Shown here piece after piece: positions 17,089 to 26,329 of a DNA stretch of 33,555 bases. Position 1 is the stretch's first letter, and each line of letters opens with the position of its first letter. Source of the DNA: Nitrososphaerota archaeon (lineage in GTDB: Archaea > Thermoproteota > EX4484-205 > JAAOZP01); the NCBI GenBank assembly GCA_011605725.1, contig JAAOZP010000018.1, positions 1-33,555 on the forward strand. The letters are read 5' to 3'. The notes under the pieces are model-generated. The model was not told where the DNA came from and did no database searches. It was given only the letters and a program-made list of their open reading frames with translations. The translations under genes and the position numbers were made by a program.

Positions 17089-19847
17089 ACTTGTTTGCCC
17101 GTGCAAAACTTATCAGCTGAGCTTTCCCATGAAGCCATTAGGTCAACCAGCGAGCAGAATAATGCGGTTGAAACAGGGTCTTTAACAAGGTTCTTCATCA
17201 GCCTGAAAGTGCATAGGACGGCGAGGCCGAGGCCCAGTTTAACGGGAACAATCGTAGCAGCCGGCTCCCGCATCCAGCCGGTGAAAATCCCGCCTAGAGC
17301 ACTCCTCATGTCGCGGGGGCTTAGAGCTTCTAAAACCATGCTTGGAACACATTCTATAAACGGCATTCCCAAGTGTCCCTCGTAAAAAAGCCTCCCTGTA
17401 AAAACATTCTTAAGCCAGAGGAATGATGTACACCAGTCGCCCCATCTTTCTTTCTCCCTCCTATCGGCCAGTCGGAACCTGCTGAACAATAGTGACCCTG
17501 GTTGAGACTCTTCCAGCAGAAAGAGCACCCTACCCCCCTTCTCAACAAGGCTAACAGCCTCTTCAACAAGACCTGAGGACACGGCTATGTTGGATTCGCC
17601 GGCTTCAACAATGGTTAAACCCGTCTCCTTAAGCCTCTTCACAATGTTCTCTTCTACTCCGAACACGCGGATTTCCCCACTGGTTCTGACGGACCAAGAG
17701 GGTAGGACCAGAAGCTTCTGATAGTTTCGAGAGATCTCTCTCCCACCTTTATCCAGCAGCCTCGCCCATATGGTTAGCTTGCCCGGATAGCGTGTTTCCG
17801 GAACCTTGAAACACACCTCTCCGACTTCAACGCAACCAGCTCTTTTAACCTCCACCTTTTTGAAGACACCGCTCAGAGGAGTGTTTTCAACCCACCATTC
17901 CACGGTCTTCGGCTCAACAGCTGAAAACCTTGAAACATATATTTTCACCCTGGCTTCCTCACCTTCAAGGTAACTCCATTTTCCAGGTCTTATTACGATA
18001 ACATCCTGCGCTTGGAAGAATTTCATGAAACGGTGTAGAAATTTTTCGCCCCTGCACATATCTATAAGACCGTTGCTCTCACTGTTTAAATCTGTAAACT
18101 GGGTTATTACGTAGCCAACAATCTCCGGATGAAGCCTCATTGTCTCTATCTCGAACTTCAAGGAGTCAAGCTGATGTTTTTGAGTGGCTTCCGCAAGCTT
18201 TTTCAAAGAACCGTAAGCTTCATCCAACCCTAGCTTAAAGAACTCGTTAACACCTGTGCGAATTGGCCCGCCGTAGCTCGCTTGGTTAAACCAGTACGGG
18301 TCCCGCCAGTCATAGTAACGTAGAATCTCCTCAACATCCGGAAGCCCCCAGTTGCCGAACTCTGAAACCATTAATGGTTCAAAACCTCTTCTAACGGACT
18401 CGGGGAACCTGAAAGTCCAAGAAGGATGTTTAGAAAACTCCTCCACCCAGTCTTCGAACTCCCGAGCATGATCAGGTATTGCCTTGTAGACATGCTGGTC
18501 TTCAATATCACTCACAACATGTCCAGCGTTTGCTGGAGAATTGTCAACAACAAGCCTAGTGGGGTCAAGCCTTTTAACCAAGTGCCACATCTCTTTAAGC
18601 CATATTCTTGCTGCTTCCTCGTTCGCAATCGGGACACCCCATTCCTCGTTCACTAGACACCAACAGAAGACCGACGGATGGTTAAAATCCCTCCAGACCC
18701 ATTCTTCAAGCTGCCTTCTCATCCTTTCCCTCGCCTTAACAGTGAACTTGTAGAAGCTTGGAAAATCTATCCAAAGCATTATTCCAAGCCTGTCTGCCCA
18801 TTCAAGATAGTTTGGACAAGGTATCTTAATATGCGTCCTAAGAAAATTAAGCCCTAGTTCTTTAGCTTTGAGAAACTGGTCGCGAAGCGTTTCGTCTGAG
18901 GGCGTGCCGTATATCGTGTCCGGGTAGAAATCTTGGTCAAGCGCCCCTGTAAGGTATATGGGTTCACCGTTGAGGAGAATCCTGTTCTCCCGAACCTCAA
19001 TCTTCCTTATGCCGAAAACTATAAAGCAGGAGTCGTAAATCCCTGCTCCGGAGAGAAGGATTTCAAGCCTATGGAGGAAAGGGGAGTCTGGAGACCATAG
19101 TCCCAGCCCATGGATAGGTATTTCGGCTTCGTAAACAGGCTCGTCCTTAACCACTTTAACGATTTTCTCCTCCCCGTTTGAAACAATCTTGAGAGTTAGT
19201 TTAAGTCCCTCTTCAGGAGCCTCCTCAACATGAGAGACGATTATGCGGACCCTAATCCTTGAATTGTCAACATCCGGTAGTATGAATGCCGAATGCACGT
19301 AAATCTTTTCCCTAATTTGGAGACTCACTCCCTGCCATAGGCCACCAATATTACAATAGTGAGACTGTTTACCGTTAGGGATTTCAGAGCAGTCCTGAGG
19401 ATCGTAAACTCTAACCATAAGCTGGTTCTCATCGTCGAATTTCACGATGCCTGTTACATCGAATTCGAATGGAGTGTAGCCTCCCTCGTGGGAGCCAAGC
19501 TCGACTCCGTTCAGCCATACTTTAGCTTCATAATCGGCAGCGTCAAATCTTAAAATAATCCTCTTACCCATCAGCACGCTCGGTATTCTAAAGCTGCGCC
19601 AATACCACACGGCTCCATCATAATCCACAAGGTCTGGAAACTGTGCTTCCCAAGGCAGGCCTGCCCTTGCTTTCCTAACCTCTTTAACAGAGTGAACAGT
19701 CTCCGGGGTGAGCTTTCCATCCGGGTCGGTTGCAAACATCCAGCCGTCATTAAGGTTAATAGTGCGTTTAACAGGAAGCTTAACGTTTGATGCAAAACCT
19801 TTAGCCCCAGTCCCAATTACCCAGTTCTCAGTGAGCAAGCTGATCAC
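17085..19847 (-). CDS. Glycoside hydrolase family 2 (beta-galactosidase/glucuronidase-like)
   Basis: HEGGYTPFEFD, GGLWQ, GLNFLRTHIK, WCLVNEEWG (acid/base), SEFG (nucleophile). Confidence 0.9.
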   Translation of the reverse strand: MISLLTENWVIGTGAKGFASNVKLPVKRTINLNDGWMFATDPDGKLTPETVHSVKEVRKARAGLPWEAQFPDLVDYDGAVWYWRSFRIPSVLMGKRIILRFDAADYEAKVWLNGVELGSHEGGYTPFEFDVTGIVKFDDENQLMVRVYDPQDCSEIPNGKQSHYCNIGGLWQGVSLQIREKIYVHSAFILPDVDNSRIRVRIIVSHVEEAPEEGLKLTLKIVSNGEEKIVKVVKDEPVYEAEIPIHGLGLWSPDSPFLHRLEILLSGAGIYDSCFIVFGIRKIEVRENRILLNGEPIYLTGALDQDFYPDTIYGTPSDETLRDQFLKAKELGLNFLRTHIKIPCPNYLEWADRLGIMLWIDFPSFYKFTVKARERMRRQLEEWVWRDFNHPSVFCWCLVNEEWGVPIANEEAARIWLKEMWHLVKRLDPTRLVVDNSPANAGHVVSDIEDQHVYKAIPDHAREFEDWVEEFSKHPSWTFRFPESVRRGFEPLMVSEFGNWGLPDVEEILRYYDWRDPYWFNQASYGGPIRTGVNEFFKLGLDEAYGSLKKLAEATQKHQLDSLKFEIETMRLHPEIVGYVITQFTDLNSESNGLIDMCRGEKFLHRFMKFFQAQDVIVIRPGKWSYLEGEEARVKIYVSRFSAVEPKTVEWWVENTPLSGVFKKVEVKRAGCVEVGEVCFKVPETRYPGKLTIWARLLDKGGREISRNYQKLLVLPSWSVRTSGEIRVFGVEENIVKRLKETGLTIVEAGESNIAVSSGLVEEAVSLVEKGGRVLFLLEESQPGSLLFSRFRLADRREKERWGDWCTSFLWLKNVFTGRLFYEGHLGMPFIECVPSMVLEALSPRDMRSALGGIFTGWMREPAATIVPVKLGLGLAVLCTFRLMKNLVKDPVSTALFCSLVDLMASWESSADKFCTGKQV

Positions 19848-20048
19848 CGGCTTGAAATGAAAATGTTAAAACGGACTTTTTAAAAATTTCTTTCTTCTCT
19901 GAAGCCTTCTCGTTAAACGGATTTCAAGCGGCAGACCTGTCTTCCTATTGTGAAATCCAGATTTATACTGTTTGGTTGACTGGTCTCCGGCTTTTTCAAA
20001 CAGCTACACTTAAATACTGTTTAAACAGGTTGAGACAGTGAAAGCAGC

Positions 20049-21195
20049 TTGAGGCTTTGGATGTTTGGAATCCCGCGTCTCGAATACGCTGATCTCCTTC
20101 TGGAAAACGGTTTTAAAGATATTGTTGTCAGTTATGATCCTGAATTGGTTAAAGGTCTTCTGGATAAAGGTTTTAACGTTCACATAGTCGTCGGGGCTTT
20201 TCGTTTGGACAATGAGTTTCGAGATCCAAGATTCTTAGCGGAAGATCCGTACGGCAGGAGACACATATGGTTTGGGTCAGGTTGCCCTAATAATCCTGAT
20301 ATAAGGCGTAGAACCCTACGCCAGATATCCGAGATCATTGAGAAACATAGTGTCAACAGCATTTTGCTCGATGGAATCAGGTTCGCATCCATGGGGAGCG
20401 GGATCGAGGCTTTTGCAACATGTTTTTGTGAAAATTGCAGGAATAAGGCTGAGGAATATGGTTATCGTTTTGAAGAGATGAAGCAGTCGGTTAAAAAAAT
20501 GCTTAACGCTTTCTACGATTTTAAACAGGCTTGGGATGTTTTGCAAGCATACCGTTCTTCTCCAGCAGGTTTCCTAGATCTTGCCAGGGGGAAGCATGGC
20601 TTGCTTGATTGGCTCGAGTTCCGGGAGCGCAGTGTTTCAGACTTCATCGTTGAAGTTAGAAACCTGATTAAGTCGTACAGTAGGAAGGCTAGCCTCGGCG
20701 CTTACGTTTTCACTCCTTCACTAGCCTTTCTAGTCGGTCAGAACTATCGAGAGTTCTGGCGCTACCTGGATTTCGTAAAACCCATGGTGTATAGGAAGGG
20801 GCGTGGAGTCGCCTGCCTAAACTTTGAACTGGCTAGAATCGCTGAGGACTTGCTCCGCTGGAATCCTTGGCTGCCGGAGGCTGAGCTTATAAGCCTGCTT
20901 TACCGGGTTTTTGGCTTGCAGGAAGAAGGTTTTCCAATAGCGCGCGCGCGCGCGCTTAAACAGGCTGTTTGAAGATTGCCTACCTTTATCCGTGCTTAAA
21001 GCCGAGTTTCAGGCCGCTAAAAGGCTTATAGCGGGGAGGAGTGAGCTCCACCCTATTATAATGCTGGATGACCCGCAAATAGAGCAGGCTGTTAGGCTTG
21101 CTTCTGAAACAGGGTTAGACGGGGTCGACTTCTTTTCCTTCAGAGAGGAGGAGAAAAACATGATTAGCAGGATTTCGGAGGCTATTGGAAAATGA
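20049..21195 (+). pseudogene. Putative glycoside hydrolase-like TIM barrel (GHL10-like), frameshifted in a (GC)8 tract
   Basis: GCPNNP, LDGIRF, CFCENC, GQNY, PMVY. Frame stops at 20972, but the +1 frame from 20941 (RARARLNRLFEDCLPLSVLK...) runs to 21195 and parallels the C-terminus of the next gene. Confidence 0.75.
20940..20955. repeat. (GC)8 dinucleotide microsatellite
   Basis: Read directly from the sequence. Confidence 0.95.
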
Positions 21196-22472
21196 AGCCC
21201 ATAGGTGCTTTCATCAGCCTTAAGGCTCTGAAGGAGTATGGAAACCGGCTTTTAGAGGAGTATGGTATAGAATACGCGCATACGCATCTACCTGTTTTCC
21301 CAGAGGAGGCTAGAGAGCTTTACAGTGGTGTAAAATGCCTCCCGGAAAACTTTGAGAAAGAATCGTATGGTGATCTTAAGAGGCTTCTCGAAGAGCTGCG
21401 TAGAATAGGCTTGAAAATCTTTGCCAGTTATCCTGTTTTCAGCAGGCCGGAGATAGCTAGAAGAGGAGCAGAGTACTCCGCATGGACAATCCTTGGAAAG
21501 CCTCATTATGCTCGTGCCTGCCCAACAAACCCTGATGTTTTAAGAAGAATAGTTGCTGATCTTCGAAGCCTCGTGAAACTATATGGGGTTGAGGGAGTCA
21601 TACTCGACTTCATCAGGTTTGAAAGCCCAATGGCTGGTTTAGACTATTTCTTAACATGCTTCTGCCCTAGTTGCTGCGAAAATATGAGGAGCCTAGGTTA
21701 TAACCCTGTTTCAATCAAGAGAGACTGGTTGAGAATGATGGATTTCCTCGGTAAAGGAGGCTTTCCAAAAGAGATAGTTAAACAGGGAACCCTGAGCACT
21801 CCAGACGTTCTGGATCTTTACAACGAGTTTCCCGGAGTTTTCGAATGGTTCAAGTATAGAAGCGAATATATCGAGAGCGTTGTTAAGATTTTTGCTTCAA
21901 CAGTTAAAGAGGAAGGAGGCCGTGGAACAGTCGTTGGCGCAAATCTTCTGTCACCCTGGTGGAGCCTTCTGGCAGGTCAAAGCTATAGGGCTTTGAGCAG
22001 GATTCTCGAAATTATTGAGCCGATGCTATATTTCGACTGGATGCAGTGGGAAGGCTTAACAGCAGTCAAGGAGCTCAGCCATGCTTACGGTGTCGACAAG
22101 AATCTTTTAAGCAAGTTTTACTACGTGGCTACTGGATTAAGCACTATAGTTGAGCCGCGAAACTATGATGAATCAAGGCTTTCAGGATTGCCTCCGGCTT
22201 CAATAGAAGCGGGTCTTGCGAAAATCTCCTACTGGAATATTGGAGGAGCTAGAATATGGCCAGTCGTACTGATCCTCCGCACCGACATCGTGCACCATCT
22301 GCTTAATGAACGTATTTCGAACATCTCCATGGCTACGAGAGAGTTTTTCGTGGAGAGTGTTAAATCGGCGGCACGCGGCAACGCTGATGGATTAGTGTAC
22401 TGGAACTTTGACGGTGCTGAGAAAGATGTTGTACGAGAGCTTTACAATGTTTGGAGGGCTGAAAGCGGTTAA
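21192..22472 (+). CDS. Putative glycoside hydrolase-like TIM barrel (GHL10-like), paralog of upstream gene
   Basis: ACPTNP, LDFIRF, CFCPSC, GQSY, PMLY; ATGA overlap with the upstream stop. Confidence 0.7.
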   Translation: MKPIGAFISLKALKEYGNRLLEEYGIEYAHTHLPVFPEEARELYSGVKCLPENFEKESYGDLKRLLEELRRIGLKIFASYPVFSRPEIARRGAEYSAWTILGKPHYARACPTNPDVLRRIVADLRSLVKLYGVEGVILDFIRFESPMAGLDYFLTCFCPSCCENMRSLGYNPVSIKRDWLRMMDFLGKGGFPKEIVKQGTLSTPDVLDLYNEFPGVFEWFKYRSEYIESVVKIFASTVKEEGGRGTVVGANLLSPWWSLLAGQSYRALSRILEIIEPMLYFDWMQWEGLTAVKELSHAYGVDKNLLSKFYYVATGLSTIVEPRNYDESRLSGLPPASIEAGLAKISYWNIGGARIWPVVLILRTDIVHHLLNERISNISMATREFFVESVKSAARGNADGLVYWNFDGAEKDVVRELYNVWRAESG

Positions 22473-25411
22473 GAACACTTTTCACGTATTTTTAAAGTGA
22501 TTATTTCCCTGTTGCGATACGTGAATTCGAGGCTTCCTCCATCTATCTTAACGTCTCTGTTAATCTTGTTCAATTCAAGTATATCCATAGATTCTACGCT
22601 ATCCACCTCGGTGGCAAGATCAATACGCGTCTTACCCCTTGCATTGTAAAACTCGTAAAGCCTTAAAATAATGCCGTCACCATCCTCCGCGGCTTTCAAA
22701 GCTTCAAGCATCAAGTTTTCAGAGCCTATTTTCAGGAAGCTTTTACTGCTTTCTCTTCCTTCAGCTACTTTCAATGGAATATTTAGCTCATATGCCCTCC
22801 TTAACACTCCTGCTTTCTTCCAGTCTCCAACATGAGGGTAGATGGAGTATGTGAAGGTTGTCTCCTCAAGGTCTGTCGACGGGTCTGGAAAGACGGGTGT
22901 TCTTGTTAATGAAAGCCCTATTGAAGAGCCTTCTACAGAGACCCCGTATTTCCCATTGTTTAACAATGCTACTCCATAGTCGTGCTCAGAAAGATCAACC
23001 ATTTTCTGCACCGCCACCTCGTATTTTGCTTTCTCCCACGAAGTATTCCTAGTCGTGGGTCTCTCAACAACTCCGAAAGGAACGTCTGAAACAGCTTTCT
23101 CCGTGTTCACGTCGAAGTCAAACCAGGTTTTAACCAGAAGCTCCCTATCCTTCATGTTAATGGTGTTTTCGAAATCAATCCTTCTAGAATCGCAGAAAAT
23201 CCTCACCTCCTGCTTGATCTCAGACCTTCTGAACGGGTAGGTGAAGCATATAGACACCATTAGCGGACCATTGCTAACGATCCAACTCTTGGAGGCAGTT
23301 ATTTCGAAAAACGTTTCCTTATAGCCCTTCTCAACGTTCCAAGCATCAGCCCATCCTGGGATATTCTCGTAAGCAACTAGTCTGTTCCCCTGGTTTTTCA
23401 AAACCTCTCTACCGGCTTCCTTATCCCATATGGAAATCAGCCTTCCGGTTTTTGAAATCCTAATTGTGAAAAACCTGTTCTCAACCAGGTAGGAATCATC
23501 TTCCTCAAAAATTTTCACGCGAGAAGTCGCCGGGATTGCAGTGAGCGGAGCATAACCGACTGGAGGTGCCCTCGCCTTCAGCAAGAAGCCTTCAGGAACC
23601 TTCTGAGACCCGTCTACTTCCTCCCCTATAATAACGTAGTCCTCCCTCTCCCAGGGCAGTGAGTTGAAAACCAGTTTTGTACGTCCTTCTCCAGCTATCT
23701 TACTCATAGCTTCTCCAGAAATCCTCTCCGCCTCAGAGATCACTTTCTCAAGCTCAGGATAAACCTCACTGTAAACCTCTCTTATGGAGGAACCCGGTAA
23801 AACGTCGTGAAACTGGTTTTTAAGCAGGGTTTTCCAAAGCCTTGAAAACTTTTCTTTATCATAGGTTCCGGCGAAAGTTGCCCATGTTTCCGCTTCTCTT
23901 AAAGATAGCTCTGCCCTCCTGTTTAACAGCTTCATTTTAGAATGCGACGTGAAAACACCTCTATGATCCTCAAGATAAAGCTCCCCCCTCCATTCTTCAG
24001 AAACAGGGTCCCGTACAACCGATTCTAAAGATCCCTTAAGCTCTACCCTGGGTAGAACTGGAAGCAAGTCAACTGCCTCTGCCCTCAGAAGCATTTCTTC
24101 AGTGGGACCCCCGCCACCATCTCCATAGCCGTACGAGTAAAGCATGGGATGATCCTTGTTAACCCAGTTTTGCCACTGCTCGTAAACACTATCTGCCGTG
24201 AAATCAGAGTTGTAGCCTCCCTTCCCGTGGCCGAATGCCACTGCCTTAAGCCTGCTGTTATCCGGGCTGATCCAGAGGAACACGTTGTAAGGGAAAGTAT
24301 TCGTATCGTTCCAGAAGACTTTATGAGTCGCAAAGACTTTAACTCCTCCAAGCCCAGCTGCTTGGGGGAGTGTTTGTGAAAACCCGAATGTGTCTGGAAG
24401 CCATAGTATGTCGGCAGTTCTTCCAAAGTTCTCCAGGTAAAACCTTTGAGAATATAAGAGTTGTCTAGCCAGAGATTCGCCGGATATCATTTGAGTGTCA
24501 AACTCCACCCAGCCTGCTCCAAGCATCCATTTCCCCTCTGCGATTTTCTCCTTAACTCTTTCGAAGATTGAAGGTTCCTCGCTCTTAATCCAGTCGTAAT
24601 ATATAGCGGCGCTCTGAATATACTTAAAATCATAATGTTCCATCAGGGTTAACACGGTTGAGAATGTTCTGAAAACCTTTCTCCTAGTCTCTTCAAAAGG
24701 CCAGAGCCATGCAGTGTCTATATGTGCATGAGCAAGCGCAACCATGCTTCCCCTTTTACCGTATTTTTCAACAAGACTGTTCAGACTGTTCTTAAGCAGG
24801 CTGAGTGCTCTTCCATATTTCTCCGTATTCTGCTCTTCCAAAAAAACCGGAAGAATATCGTCTGACAACAGTCTTGGAACACTGTCAAGCCCCCCTATCA
24901 TTGTCTTGAAAGCAGTAGCTAGTGAAACTTGCTCCCTAGAGACAGTTTCAAAAGGGGCTTCTCTAAGAGCATCGCTCAAAACTCTTAGAAGATCCTCTTT
25001 AAGTTCCTCGTCCTTTGTTACGCGAGCCAGTTCTAGGACAGATTTCCCATACACCCAGAGTCTTAGAGCATTCATGTTTCTATTAACGCTCACGGGCTTG
25101 CCCGGGTTAACATCCGCTTTTTCACCGAATGCTAGAAAAGGCGAGAACTCGGCCTCCAACAAGTGACGGCCCTGTGGAACCGGTATGGCATGATGATAGC
25201 CGTCTAAGGCAAAATATGGTTTCGAATCTAGCTTTACTAAGGCAGAGCCCTTGTAATCAAGAACTAGAAGCTGAAAGTTTTCTCCTGCAGCGTTTAAGGC
25301 TATCGTCGCCTTGTTATTAGTGAAAGAATCCCATTCCAGTATTCTGACATTCCTGAAGGATACGGCATGCAAGAGGGCCAGCCTTGCCTCAAGTTCCTGG
25401 ATAGTCCGCAT
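22469..25411 (-). CDS. Alpha-mannosidase, glycoside hydrolase family 38
   Basis: HAHIDTAWLWP, WLPDTFG, GYGDGGGGP, GELYLEDHRG, NQFHDVLPGSS. Start ATG 25411 is preferred because TATA-like TTATATAAAT (25440-25431) lies 20-29 nt upstream. Confidence 0.95.
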   Translation of the reverse strand: MRTIQELEARLALLHAVSFRNVRILEWDSFTNNKATIALNAAGENFQLLVLDYKGSALVKLDSKPYFALDGYHHAIPVPQGRHLLEAEFSPFLAFGEKADVNPGKPVSVNRNMNALRLWVYGKSVLELARVTKDEELKEDLLRVLSDALREAPFETVSREQVSLATAFKTMIGGLDSVPRLLSDDILPVFLEEQNTEKYGRALSLLKNSLNSLVEKYGKRGSMVALAHAHIDTAWLWPFEETRRKVFRTFSTVLTLMEHYDFKYIQSAAIYYDWIKSEEPSIFERVKEKIAEGKWMLGAGWVEFDTQMISGESLARQLLYSQRFYLENFGRTADILWLPDTFGFSQTLPQAAGLGGVKVFATHKVFWNDTNTFPYNVFLWISPDNSRLKAVAFGHGKGGYNSDFTADSVYEQWQNWVNKDHPMLYSYGYGDGGGGPTEEMLLRAEAVDLLPVLPRVELKGSLESVVRDPVSEEWRGELYLEDHRGVFTSHSKMKLLNRRAELSLREAETWATFAGTYDKEKFSRLWKTLLKNQFHDVLPGSSIREVYSEVYPELEKVISEAERISGEAMSKIAGEGRTKLVFNSLPWEREDYVIIGEEVDGSQKVPEGFLLKARAPPVGYAPLTAIPATSRVKIFEEDDSYLVENRFFTIRISKTGRLISIWDKEAGREVLKNQGNRLVAYENIPGWADAWNVEKGYKETFFEITASKSWIVSNGPLMVSICFTYPFRRSEIKQEVRIFCDSRRIDFENTINMKDRELLVKTWFDFDVNTEKAVSDVPFGVVERPTTRNTSWEKAKYEVAVQKMVDLSEHDYGVALLNNGKYGVSVEGSSIGLSLTRTPVFPDPSTDLEETTFTYSIYPHVGDWKKAGVLRRAYELNIPLKVAEGRESSKSFLKIGSENLMLEALKAAEDGDGIILRLYEFYNARGKTRIDLATEVDSVESMDILELNKINRDVKIDGGSLEFTYRNREIITLKIREKCS

Positions 25412-25477
25412 GAAGCCTTTCAGTTGCGGCATTTATATAAATCTTTTGAGAATATGCATACTGAGTTTCATGAGGCC

Positions 25478-26245
25478 TTATGAAACGTTATTTATTATGA
25501 AATGGCCTGCTCCCACTCTGAACATTCTCATGGGTTCCACGAATCTCCCTTTTTTCCGATTTCTTTTTCTCAACCACCTCACCATCTCCCTCTTTACTTC
25601 CTCTAAGCCTTTCTTCACCAGATCCTCTGGAAACGATAGGGATAATTGGCTCTCGTGCTTCATAATGGCCTCAGCCTTTTTATCTATAAACCTTGTGATG
25701 TCGGTGAAAAAGTTTGGGCTGCCTGTAGCGAACAAGAGTATGAAATCAGGCTTATGGGCTTCGATTCCTGAAAGGATCTGCTCCTTGTGGAAACTCGGCA
25801 TACCGGCGAAAACTGTTGCTTCAGAAGCCATAAGCCCGGTAACCCTGTGATCAGGATGAACCTCATACGGAAGCCAAGCGTCAAGCGTCATAACAATTTT
25901 CGGCTTGACTTTTCTTATTATTTCCACAAGCTTACCCCTTAATTCGAGAGACGGATATAAGTCGCCGTCAGGATAGTCTAGGAAAAACAGGTCTTTCACT
26001 CCCAGCACGTCTGCCGCCGCCCTCTGCTCCCTTTTCCTAGTCTCGCTCAAAGCCTTAGGATCCATGTTCACGTTGAAAGTCCCTTTGCTTCCATCAGTTA
26101 CGGTAACATAGTTCACAACACATCCTTCTTCAACCATTCTTGCAATTGTTCCACCAGCATGATACTCCGCATCATCAGGATGTGCCTGTATGACTAAAAC
26201 CCTGTCCCCTTTGCTCCATATCTTTTTTGATCCGGCTCTCACCAT
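25478..26245 (-). CDS. PIG-L/LmbE-family deacetylase
   Basis: AHPDDAE, TDGSKG, HPDH, HESQ; likely start ATG 26245. Confidence 0.92.
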   Translation of the reverse strand: MVRAGSKKIWSKGDRVLVIQAHPDDAEYHAGGTIARMVEEGCVVNYVTVTDGSKGTFNVNMDPKALSETRKREQRAAADVLGVKDLFFLDYPDGDLYPSLELRGKLVEIIRKVKPKIVMTLDAWLPYEVHPDHRVTGLMASEATVFAGMPSFHKEQILSGIEAHKPDFILLFATGSPNFFTDITRFIDKKAEAIMKHESQLSLSFPEDLVKKGLEEVKREMVRWLRKRNRKKGRFVEPMRMFRVGAGHFIINNVS

Positions 26246-26329
26246 GATTATTGTCAACACAGGGTAGATAAAAAATCTTCCCTCTTTGGCTGAGCTCAAG
26301 CTTAAATAAGACTTTAAAATCGAAAAACC

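Noticed and set aside
20992-21195. Independent 67-aa gene
   Set aside because: Better explained as the frameshifted C-terminus of the gene starting at 20049.
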